From the IMG/VR virus record IMGVR_UViG_3300028048_000065, positions 32,001 through 96,000 of that record: a stretch of DNA of 64,000 bases. One strand, written 5' to 3'. Source of the stretch: a virus (Duplodnaviria > Caudoviricetes). Under the pieces are notes generated by a model. It made no database searches and was not told the DNA's origin. It saw only the letters and a program-made list of their open reading frames with translations. The translations under genes and the position numbers were made by a program. This document shows positions 28,141-39,800 of this stretch, in pieces (the stretch's first letter is position 1; each line of letters starts with the position of its first letter).

Positions 28141-30654
28141 TTAAGAATTTTCTTCTGAACTTTCTGCTTCTTCAGATTCTTCAGAAACATTTACAGCATT
28201 TGCCATAATCTCTTTCATCCTTGCCCTAATTGCTTCATCTTTTGCTTTCTTCTCTTTATTGTATTCTGCTCGAAGCCAATAAAAATCTTTCTGAAGCATC
28301 TCTGGCAAAAATGTTCTCTTATAGGCTACTGAATCAGTTCCTATCGCACTTCTTAAAGTTCCCGTATTTGCAACCAAAATACATTTTTTCTTAGCACGAG
28401 TAATTAAAGTATATACAAGCTCTTTTGAAGCCATGTTTGGAGGACAACCCCAATTTAACACTCCAATTACCACATCTGCGGAACTTCCTTGGAGTCTATG
28501 GACTGTACTTGCATATCCCAAAATAATATAGTTGCCAACTTCTTTTAATGGAATAATAATCGGACAATCTCCCAAAGTAAAATCGACAATCATGTTATCA
28601 TCATCAATTTTCTTTACAATTCCTGTCCAACCATTAAACATTGCAGATTGAGCCCCACTTGTATTAAAAACACGATAATTATTTTTAATACACATAACTT
28701 TATCATTCTCTTGAATCACATAACTAAAATCTTTGTCAACCTTTTTATGCTGTTTCTTTACAACATAATTTCTTTTAAACGGGTCTATCGGATTAACAAG
28801 TTCTTGTATGTCTTGATTCAAATTAAATACACAAGTATCTCCTCTCTCTTTAACAGGAGAAATTACCTGAATTTTTTCAATATCTCTTCCCACTAAAGGA
28901 GAGTTATAATATTCTTCAAAGTATTGCAATATCTTATCTCTATCATCATCACTATCAGGACTGACATCTATTATCATGTCTTTCTTTTCTCCGACAGTTT
29001 CAATACTTTCTTGTGCATAGTTTTCATAAAGTTGATAACCATTACGCACTTGATAAGCTATCGTTAATATACCAGAAGACTTTGCTTGACGATGAACTTG
29101 TTGTAATTTTACTACTGGAATAAGATTACTATTCATCATATCATAAGCAAGATTTAAAAGACCCACAGAGCTTAACTGCCCAAAGTCACCTAACATAATT
29201 AACTTAGAGCCATTAGGAATTGCTTTAAGCAAATCTAAGAAGATTTCACCGCCAACAAGAGAAATTTCATCAAGAACAATGATGTTCTCTTCAAGTGGAT
29301 TTTCTTCATTTCTAACAAATCCATCTCCACTGTATTCGAGTAAACGATGAATTGTTTTTCCTGAAACTCCTGTAACTTCTTGCAGTCTCGCAGCAGCTTT
29401 TCCTGAAAGAGCACATTGAGCAAAAGTATAATTGTTTAAAACAGTAAGTATACCATTTACAAGGCTTGATTTACCACTACCTGCAAGACCAGTTATCATA
29501 CAGACTTGTTTTTCACAACCTAATTTTATACCATCAATTTGCTCTTGAGTAAATTCAAATCCTTGGTCTTCCTCTGCTTTTTTGATTTTTTCATCAAAGT
29601 TTTCAATGACAAAATCACTATGAGCATTGAGAAGTCTCTTTAAATGATAAGCAATATCTCTTTCAAGATTATAGAATTTAGTCAAATAAACCCTACGGTC
29701 TGCTTTTCTCTCACTATTTTCAAGAACTATTATCCCTTCATCTTGAAGCTCTTTTATAGCTTTGGCAATATTGTTTCGTGGAATAGAACTATCTGCATCT
29801 TCTGGAACATCATAATTTTCTACAATCTCTTGTGGAGACCCCAATGTTTCAAAAATATTTGCATTTAATTCTTGCGCAGAAATATACGAATGTCCTTCAT
29901 CACCCTCTTTATTTAAAAACCAAGTAATAAAAGATTTAATTCTTCGTACATCTGTTTTATTAAATCCTGCTTTTTGAGCTACTGCATCAGCAGTTAAAAA
30001 TCCTACGCCATCAATATCTTTAATTAATGAATAAGGATTTTCTTTTACTTTGGAAACTATAACTGATGGATTTTTGTACTTTTGAACTAATTTAGTAATA
30101 AAATTAGAAGAAAGTCCTATTCCATCTAACTCGAGATAAACTTGACCCACATCTTTCTTTTGCTCATAACGCTCAAGAATACAGTTGGCAATATAGTCTC
30201 CCACGCCATGAATTTTTGTGAGCTCTTTTGGATTACCTTTTTCCAATGTTTGAATTGGATTAGGGAAAATTTTAAAGAACTCTTCAATTTGATTATCTGT
30301 CAAAAAAGTTTTAAGAAAAGCTCTTTGATTAGTAGCTTTTGTCATATCAAACTCTTCATTAAAATAAATCAAATCATATTGTGTTCCATACTGAGGATGT
30401 TCAACCTCTTTTGCAATGATAATATAATTTGCTCTGGGAGATATATTACAAGGATATGTCCCCTTTACTGTAATTGTACCAAAATTATCATTTGTAGGTT
30501 CTCCATCATCTACGGACACTATAATCCAAGATACTATCCCGAAGGTGGGCTCAGTTATACTCTAAAACCCACCTTTAGGGAAAATTACATTATTTAATGT
30601 AGCATGAATCTTGATGATTTTGTCTTGCTCTGTTATTTTAGACTGCTACATCAT
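28141..30654 (-). CDS. recD2: RecD2-like SF1B helicase, 837 aa (TAG at codons 3 and 31)
   Basis: HhH (GVGF.TAD), GLAGSGKS, LDE.S, GD..QL, YASTVHRLQGS, YT.ITRAK; GAGGTG RBS before ATG ATG TAG. Confidence 0.9.
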
Positions 30655-33600
30655 TAGCTGAGTCCACCTCGATTCTATCTGTTTTAAGGTCTAAGTTGCC
30701 TTTTTCGTCAATATCAACAATTAACTGGACAGAATGATTGTAAACACTATCTTTATATTTTTTGGCTACCCACTGTTCACCTCTACGGAAACCTGTTACC
30801 ATAATTTTATTACCGCGAGAGAACCAAGATTTTTCAAGTGTTTTCTTTGTCCCATCAGCTTCAATTTGAGAAATTTGTTTGTCCCAATAAGAAAACGCTC
30901 CTGCATAGAATTTAACATCACAAACTCCGTCAGGTGTTAACAATGTTACAGTATGTTTTGTTCTGTCTTTGTCAAGAACTGTACCGCAAATACGATTTAA
31001 AACAAATCGAGGCTTTTGTTGATTGCGATAATAATATACATCTGCAATTACTGGCTCTTCTGGCATATCGTTAAACTTAACAACGTCGTATTCTTTACGA
31101 TTAACATTTTCAAGTTCATGAGGTCCATAATAAAAGCACATAGAATCCATTTCCCATTTAGAAACTGTTCCCGTGGCTTTTTCTTTCCAAAGATTATCAA
31201 AACGGTCTTTATTAACAGCATCAAGCATTTCTTGACTTGTTAGAACATTTTCTCTAAAGTCTTTAGTTAATTTATTAAATTCTCTGTCTAAACTGCCTTT
31301 CTTTACTGCATATAAGCCATTGTCTGTTAGCTCGTAATCTTTAGTAATTTGCATTTCAGACATAAAATTTTCTTCAAAATAAGGTTCAGCAAATTTTCTC
31401 TCTAAATAATAATAGGCTGTATTTGGAGATTTCTTTTCTTGCTTGTAGAAAAATTGTTTTTGACAAACATATTTACAAAAACGATACAAGCGAAGTTCAA
31501 ATTTTTTCTGACCTTCAGTAAGTAGGCCAAGACGATTAAGGTCCTCAATGTTTGCCATTTTAAGACTTGTAATAGGACTTGAAATTTGGCGGATAAAATC
31601 TGCCATAATTTCAGTTCTTGGTTTCTTTTCAAGGTCGTCAAAACAACCTGCTTTTATAAGTTGAATCATTGCCGCATCACCAAACTTGTTTTCAAGAGCT
31701 TCTTCTTTAAAAGATTGCATCTTATTATAAAAATCTTGCATGGATGCATAAGGTTGATGGCTAATGATTCCATTTGCCACTTTTGCTCCAATTCCCTGAA
31801 TAGGCTTAAGTCCATAAATAATTTCGTTAAGTTCTACGTTCGGACGGAAGCCAAATTTTACTCTGTTAATATCAGGGAGAGCTACTTTTGTCCGTTCTTT
31901 TTGAATATTACTAATTGCTTTTGCAATTTTACCATAGTTTACATTACCATCTTCTCCGCCTGAATCGGAAATCAAATTTGCTGAATTCCAATAAAGGACA
32001 GGATAATGATAAGCAAGATTTGCTTCTTGAAGTCCTACAATAGAATAGGCTAACGTATGAGCACTATTAAATCCATACCCTCGGTTCATACTAATAAGTA
32101 CGTCCCATACATAGTGACATAATTTAGCACTTAAATTCTTTTTTCTAATATTATCATAGAACTCTTGCTGTAATTCAAGATAAGCTTTAGGATTCTTTTT
32201 AGCAATACTTTTTCTTAGCTTATCTGCCCAAAGCAAGTCAAATCCACCTACTTCGGGGTCTTGAACAACCATCATAAAATCTTCCTGATTGGGCAACAGT
32301 CCATAATTCTTTTCAGCGTATTTTTTTACTACTTCTTGCTCATGTTCTGTTAAACCATAATCAGTCATTTCTTTATACCAAAGTGTAATATCTTTTTTAA
32401 ATCGACCAAATCTATCCAAGGGAGCTTCTGCCCGTGGTTCTGGAGCCATAAGTCTCATTACTGAATTTAAAGCAGAAAGGTCAGAAAGGCTTTCAGGTTT
32501 GGCCACAGCAATAGCTTGATAACCTGTTTGCTTTTCCATTTGGAAAAAAGACATTACTTTATGTTCATTGAGCATATTCCAAATTTCAGGATTGTTTCGC
32601 TCAATTTTATAAACGCCAAGATATTTTTCATAAGTATCTCTAATATTACCTTGGTCTTTAATATAACCATCTTCCATAAGAAGATTTAGACAAACGTGCT
32701 CCTTTTGTAATGCGTCTATCGAAAGGAGGTCCCATTTGATGAGAGATACTTTTTCTGCGGCATGAAGGTCAAATTGAGTAATAATATCTCCACTTGCTGT
32801 TTTCATCAGCGCAGCGTGGTCTACAACATCTGTTGCTGAAAGAATAACTCCTCCTGCATGACTACCAACACCACTAATTAAGCCCTCAATGTTTTGGGCA
32901 ACTTCCCAAACATCTTTATATTGACCGTCCATAAGATTCTTAAATTCTTGATTGGGAGGAAGATTGTTTTCTTCGTCTCCATAATAAGTTTGTTTAAGAG
33001 TATACTGAATGCCACGTTCCTGACCAATAAATGAACCAAGAAATTGTCCTTCTTCTGAAGCGTAACCCAAACCTCGACAAGCTGTTTGCAAAGCACTTTT
33101 AGCTTTCATCGTAGAAAGTGTTTGAACTTTCATTACACGACGATTTCCAGCTTTTTGATTATCTCCACAATACTTATGTTGAAGTAAAGCTATAACATCA
33201 TCTCTATAAGCATTCTCAAAATCTACGTCCACATCCAAAGGACTTACACGTTTTGGATTTAAAACACTCCGTTATTCCTAACGGGGTAGACTATATCTTA
33301 CTCTTTATAATTAACCTCAAAACCAAAATGTTTTCGATGCTCTCTAATTCTCATTGTTATTTCCTAACGAACACTTTTTCTGTTTTTCATCTTTGTATAT
33401 TTTTTATCTATTAGCCACTGAGCCGCTTCCGTTGTATTTGCAAACTCATAATATTCATTTTCTTTTTTGAAATACAAAGATTTAGAAAACTAATCCGCTG
33501 TAGAATAACGTTTAACATTGTTTTTATTTAAAATAGCATCTATCGTGCTATGGTCACACCGAATTGTTTTTGCTACTTTTCGAGCAGACTTTTCTTGATG

Positions 33601-35528
33601 ATAAAGATTTACAATTTCTTCTTCATCCCATTCATACAAAGAAATATCTTTACCCCGAATCGTAGAATTATATCCATTCTAATAACTATTATAAAACTTT
33701 ATCCAATATTTTTCTCTTTCATCTAACAAATTATTCTCAACTTCTTCTACTTCTTCAAATACAAAATTTTCAATTCCGTATTTTTTAAACGCTTTATATA
33801 AAACAAGCTAAGAAAAATAAGGTTTAGTATAATTATTTTTATGCTAAGAAAATCTTTTTTCTAAAGTTTTTATTGTCTATCCGATATAACATTTTTGATT
33901 AATTGTATTTGTAATTTTATAAATAAAACCCACAATGACCTCCTTTTTAAGAGGTTATTATAAAGAGTTCTCGCACTTCGGATGGAAGCGTCTCCACCCT
34001 AACCCTTACACTCATCAGGGATAGTCGTTACACCTTCCTATTTAAATAAACAGGCTTGGCACGGTATTACCCATTTGGGGTTCCACCGTTAGCAAACTTA
34101 TAAGTTCACACCGCTTGCTTAAGGCGTTCACGAGATTTTTTGTATCTATGTCACCATAGATAGGAAGCCTTTTATTTTTGACCTCCAATGATACGTTTTT
34201 ACGTCTTCTTTTAAAGGATTAACTTGAGTAATACCTAAAATATAAAGAAGAATAAAACCAAGACCTGAGCCACGAGAGGGACCAACTAAACTACCAACTT
34301 CCCAACAAGCATTTACGAGGTCTCTGGTTTGTAATAAATAAGCAGACCAATGAGCTTTATTTGCTTCTGAGCTTGCTTTTACCGATTCAAGACACGTTTG
34401 AATTGCATCGTAAGTTTCTTTATTAGCTAATTCATCACTATCTTTTTCGATACGATTTACAATTTCTCGAACAAGATGTCGGTCTCCGTTAAAATCAGAT
34501 TTAACAAACCAATCTAACATTGGAATATATTTAACATATTTTTCGACTAATACTGGATTAGGCTCTGTTAAATCATCTGGCTCATAAGGAATTTCAAGAT
34601 TTGCAAACAAAGTATATTCTTGAACCATATTATAAATTAACATGGTATTATCAATACCCTGTTGTACTACTTTTGCTCCAAGATATTCATCCATATAAGA
34701 ATGAATTTCCTCTTCTGACATTACATAAGTTGAAGCGTAAAAATCTCCCACTTCACGCTCTTTTCCACTATCATCATTTGATTTGAGAAAAGCTTCGTGA
34801 ATAGGTCTATCTTCTTTTTTAAGATAATGAGCATCAGTAGTGATAACATAAGGAATATCAAGTTCTTTTGACAATTCAATATAAGCTTGATTAACAATTT
34901 TTTGTTCTTCTTGAATAGACGGTTGTAATTCAAGAAAAAAATTCCCATGTCCAAAACACTGGTCCATTCGAGACAGCCATTTTCTTACCTTATGATAATC
35001 TGGTTGCGAAGGATTTTCCTTATATGCTTGAAGAATCAACTTGGGCGCAAATCCACCTAAACAACCTGTCGAAGCCACTAAATGCCCTCTATTAGCTTCA
35101 ACAACTTCAAATAAATCGTCATAATAAGTAGGAGTACGAATATTAACCCAAGTAAATGAATTATCAATCCATGCTCTTGTACTCAATTCACGAATTTGTT
35201 TATGTCCAACTTCATCTTTCGCAATAAGAATAAAATGATAGAAAACATAATCCTTGTCTTCTTCAATTACTTTACGACTACAAAGATAAATCTCATTACC
35301 AAGAATTAATTTGTAATCTTTCCATTTTTCGGGGTCTTTCTCATGAAACTCTGCCATTTGCGTAAGCGCATTAACATGAGCTGCGACAGAATCATGGTCT
35401 GTAATAGCTACCCCTTTGTGTCCTACCTAAAGCGTGTATTCGAGAAGTCCTTTAATAGTATTAGTGCTATCAAGGAATCCGCGAATGTTTGACCCATTAT
35501 CAGTATGATTATGTAAACCTACAAACAT
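30638..35528 (-). CDS. dnaE: DNA polymerase III alpha, join(34181..35528, 30638..33264), 1324 aa; TAG at codon 34
   Basis: PHP H.HT..S, TDH; RGS; splicing restores WR|FLNPKRVSPLDVDVD; HAGG, YGFN.AH, OB fold. Confidence 0.92.
33265..34180 (-). mobile_element. Group I intron in dnaE (916 nt)
   Basis: Exon ends in U pairing with G (GGAGGT/GCTTCC P1); R GTAACGACTA, S AAGATATAGTC; ends in G. Confidence 0.88.
33298..33933 (-). CDS. Intron-encoded GIY-YIG homing endonuclease (multiple TAGs; absent from the ORF track)
   Basis: GGAGG RBS, GTG; GFIYKITN...YIG(TAG)T; GYNSTI(CGG)G; 211 aa. Confidence 0.85.
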
Positions 35529-35564
35529 TCGATTATTCTTCTCCTTTCTCATAAATTTGTCTAT

Positions 35565-35593
35565 ATTATATCACGTCTAAGTATATCTGTCAA
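35565..35593 (-). promoter_or_regulatory. sigma-A promoter for dnaE, next to hairpin AGGGAAACTT/AAGTTTCCCT
   Basis: TTGACA-N17-TATAAT, extended TG. Confidence 0.75.
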
Positions 35594-35655
35594 GGGAAAC
35601 TTCCTATAAGAAAGTTTCCCTATATAGTTCAAAAGTTCATAACTTTAAAATCTTT

Positions 35656-38555
35656 TTAGAAATAGAAATCGTCCCGATACTCATCAGCATCAATTTTCTT
35701 TTCTTCCTTTTGTGCAATAGGCGTTGCGTTTTTTGCAACAACCTTTTTATTTTTAGATGTAGATTCTTCAATCTCAGACCAATCTCCACCAGCCATTTTT
35801 TGCTTATCAGCTTCATTAGCCTCAAGGTCTTCTTCAACATCATAATAAAGAATCTTTACAACAGGATAATTTTTATCCTCATATTTTTCATACTGGAACT
35901 CACCAATAACATTCATCAAAAGATTCTTTTTACTAACCCCAAATCCGACTCTATCTTTCATAGTCATGGTATCAAATTCGCCAGCAGCACAATACTTCTT
36001 AACAAAAGAAATATTATTAGCCTTAAAACGAATAAAAGTCTTAGCTCCATTTGGACCAGACCGAGTAATCTGACTTGCATTTACCCTGATACCAGTAATG
36101 GCGAAAGTAGGAGATGGAACAGTATTACCCCAGATAGCATAATTTTCTGCGACCTCTGAGATATATTCTTTCTTCAAATCAGCCAAGTCTACTTGCCAAT
36201 CAACCTGATGAATTGTAACAAGAGAATCAATAGGAAGTAACTCATCACACTTAGCTTGAATTTCAGAAAGCTTACTTTTTTCTATACGAATACCAGCGGC
36301 GTTCGAATGCGTGTTATTCCATTATTTCTAATGGCACAGACTATCTCTTACTTAATTAGTTAATTAAGCACACCCATTTCGAATTGCGTATCAATAGCAA
36401 TTCTACTTCCTTTTCAGGAATAGTCGTTACAGGATTAATCATTTTTTATTAAAAAATACAATACGAAATTATATCTTCGTAATAACGAAAGCGAAAGCCA
36501 TTTACTTTCTTTTGAGAAGAATTTCCGCGACACACTTCTGCAACTCTGTTGCCATTTTTTGCATTAGCATCTACACTCTATTCTGCTTCTTTACAATTTT
36601 TAAAAATTTTTCCAGTCTCTAAACAAATTACTTCTCTCTCCAAAGGATTATGTTCTGTTAAAAAAGACCCGTTTTCTAAATTATATTGACGAATTTTTTC
36701 TTTTGTTTTTTCAGACAAAGGAGAATTATGTCCTCCTTTCTGAATATTATAACCTTTTCCAGTTACGACTTCTGATTCATATTCTTCAATATAATAAAAT
36801 TCATAAAAATTGGCTTCTTCTAAAGTCAAGTTTTCTTTTAATATTTCAGTTTCAAAATTATCCCAACCATATTTTAAAATAGCAAAAGCAAAAGCAGGTT
36901 GTGCATATTCTCCATTTTTCTTTTTAGATAAATATCCAGACCCCTAATTTCCTATTCTCTTTTTTAAATTAGAAGTCTATCCAATATAACTTTTTCCATT
37001 TATTTTATTTATATGACGATAAATTAAATACATTATTCTCCCTTCCTTATTAATGATTTTCCCACGGGATTACCATCGACTTTACGTTAAGGCTTCCCCG
37101 TTAGCACTTTATTAAGTACCCCGTTGATGAGACGGAAAAGGTGTGTACAGGCCACATTTGACCATGAACAATAACTCCTGCTTTTTCAAGTAAAGTTTTT
37201 AAATCAGAAACATTGCCTTGAGAATAATTTCTCATCGAACCACCAAATTCATCATCTGAAAAATTGCGCATTAAAACTGTTGGACGATGATATTTTGTGG
37301 CAATTTTTGCAGCAACCAAACCACTTACAGTTTTCTTATCAATTACATTACTACAATCAACAAATAAAATACTTCTTTTATTTGCTTCTGTCTTTTTAAT
37401 GATTTCCTCAACTTTTTCCATGAATGAACGTACTGCTGTATCTTGTCTACTCTTTACATTACAACAAGTCCTTGCCATATCCCATTGAAGAGTATGCTCT
37501 TTTGGTTCTGGTACAGGGTCATTCTTGCTCTTACGTCGAGGTTTATAAATTATTGTTTCTTGCTCTCCGCGAATAGCACGACACATATTAACAATTTCTT
37601 CTTCTGTGCCATATCTAAATACGCCATTAATTTTAGGAGCAATAGTCCAGCCCATAGAACTAATAGTTCTACCATAAGGCATTTCGTCAGCCAAACGGTC
37701 ACAAAGCTCTTTAATGAAATCATTATGCCAATAGAACTCTTTTAGTCCCTCAAGCATATACCATCTTGCTTCAAGCTTCATGCTGTCCATTCCGTCTGCT
37801 ATCTCAGCAAGTGAAACAAGCTCCATAATATTGTCGAGAATTTCTGTATTAACATTATATTTTTCACAATAGGCTTCTGCAAATTTCATTACAACTCCTG
37901 TACCACAAATCGCAGTACAAGGATACTGACCATCTGTACTATTTACAGGCAAACAATAATTTACATAACAATCCGTATGAAAACGAGTCTTATATTCAGA
38001 CGGGTTCTCTTTATAAATAGAAATTGCCTTTTCTCTATCCATCCATTCGCCAGTCCAAGTATCTTGAGTCTCAGATGAAACTAAATGGTGGTCGAGAACT
38101 AAAATAGGAGCAGAAAAATTCCTTGTGATTTCAATAGCATCTTTAGCTTCCATTGATGCATCTGGAATTATAATCAATCCAAATTCATCTTTTGTAAAAT
38201 TTGCTAACTTACTCATAGTAAGTCCGTGGTCTTTCTGGAAAGCGTAAGTATAGTCTAACTTAACATCAGGTTTAATATATTTAAGAATCTGAGTTAAGGC
38301 AGAACTTGCCATTGCACCATCACAATCTCCATCCACATAAATTAGAATTTTACAATCTTCTTTTAATTTATCATGGACTAATTCTACAGCTTTATCCATA
38401 TTCTTCATCAAGAATGGGTCATTCAACTCACTTCTGACAGGATGAACAAAACTCTTTATGTCTGTAATACCATAGCTTTCAAGAAGAGTATCTAAGAAAT
38501 CTACTTCTTCCTTAAACTAAGTATTAAATCTTGTCTTCCATTGTAACTTTTTCAT
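35656..38555 (-). CDS. recJ: RecJ-like DHH ssDNA exonuclease, join(37161..38555, 35656..36309), 682 aa; TAG at codon 13
   Basis: DGDCDG, DHH, GSMR; splicing restores HG|HSNAAG (DHHA1). Confidence 0.88.
36310..37160 (-). mobile_element. Group I intron in recJ (851 nt)
   Basis: Exon ends GGT; R GTAACGACTA, S AAGAGATAGTC; ends in G. Confidence 0.85.
36449..37033 (-). CDS. Intron-encoded GIY-YIG homing endonuclease with NUMOD-like C-terminus (3 TAGs)
   Basis: MYLIYRHINKINGKSYIG(TAG)T, AILKYGW, GYNIQKGG. Confidence 0.85.
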
Positions 38556-38583
38556 TTATTATTTATCCTCGTCTACATAATTA

Positions 38584-39789
38584 TCACCCTTGATTCCACT
38601 TCAACTTATTCATATCAAACTTTTCTGCACTTGCGAATAACTTTTGAAATGTTTCTTTACCTTCATCAAAAGGAGAATCTTTGATTTTAAGTTTACCCTC
38701 TTTATCTTTGATAATATAAACTGCAAAACCCATTCCAGCTAATTTTGAAGCAATGGAAATAATTTTGTTTTTATACATCTCAAAGTCTCTTTTAGTTGCA
38801 GGATTGCTATTGTACTCCTTAACTGCTTTAGAGTCAAACTCGTCAAAGTCTTTATCAAATCCAAGGTAAACCTGTCTTACGCCAAGGTCTCCTAAAAGAT
38901 TAGCTTGCTTATTAGAAACAGAGAAGCCACAAGTAGCTACAGCAATACTATTCTTACCGAAATAAGTATCTGAAAGCAAAACACTTTTTTCTCCCTCAAC
39001 AATAATAGCTTTGCCACGTTCTTCTATTGCGGCTTTATTTTCATAAAGGCCATATAGATTCAGACCTAAAGAATGCCCATAATCTTTACCCTCAATAAAT
39101 TCAGGCATATATTTATTATTTTTATCTTCTGGTTTGAGACTTCTGCGACGAATACCAATTAACTGTCCATCTTCATTTCGATGTGGAATAATAATATGCT
39201 TTTGATATTCATACCATTTAATTCCATACTTTTTCATGGATTTTTCTGAAATGCCCTCTTTGAGCCATCCATCATAAATCTTATTTTCAAAATAGTTTAA
39301 AATTGTTTCGTCTTGAATAATTTTGTTATTGATATTTTCGTTTTGATTTTTAATTTTTTCGCGCCAATCTCCCCAACCAGAAATACTCATACTATCTTCA
39401 AGGGTTCTCATATCGTCTCTATCATCTTTACGATAAGTACCAAAACCCTTTTCTTGAGTTGATTTTAACCCAACTTTATCGGCGATATAAAGAATAACAC
39501 CCTTATAAAAGTCTTTATCTCTTACATTTCTAATTCTTTTAATCCCCTCAAAAAAGCTCATTGCTCCACATGAAGTATAGCAGAAAAAGTTTTTTGACTG
39601 AGTGAAATAACAGAGTTTAGGTTTAGAACCTCCATGACAAATAGTTTTAAACCACAAAAGCTGCTGTCCAGTTGAACCATCTCTGCTTGTATGATTTAAA
39701 GGAGCGCCGTTTTCATCCATTATTTCAATCACAATCTCAGGTGTAACACGTTTTAATAATTCGTCTTTATCTATCATAATGTTAACCAA
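38584..39789 (-). CDS. DNA primase (YorJ-like)
   Basis: CH...CYT.CG Zn-binding; IIIPH, LYGL, EGEKS, FDKD TOPRIM. Confidence 0.85.
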   Translation of the reverse strand: MVNIMIDKDELLKRVTPEIVIEIMDENGAPLNHTSRDGSTGQQLLWFKTICHGGSKPKLCYFTQSKNFFCYTSCGAMSFFEGIKRIRNVRDKDFYKGVILYIADKVGLKSTQEKGFGTYRKDDRDDMRTLEDSMSISGWGDWREKIKNQNENINNKIIQDETILNYFENKIYDGWLKEGISEKSMKKYGIKWYEYQKHIIIPHRNEDGQLIGIRRRSLKPEDKNNKYMPEFIEGKDYGHSLGLNLYGLYENKAAIEERGKAIIVEGEKSVLLSDTYFGKNSIAVATCGFSVSNKQANLLGDLGVRQVYLGFDKDFDEFDSKAVKEYNSNPATKRDFEMYKNKIISIASKLAGMGFAVYIIKDKEGKLKIKDSPFDEGKETFQKLFASAEKFDMNKLKWNQG

Positions 39790-39800
39790 AGGAGAGGATT

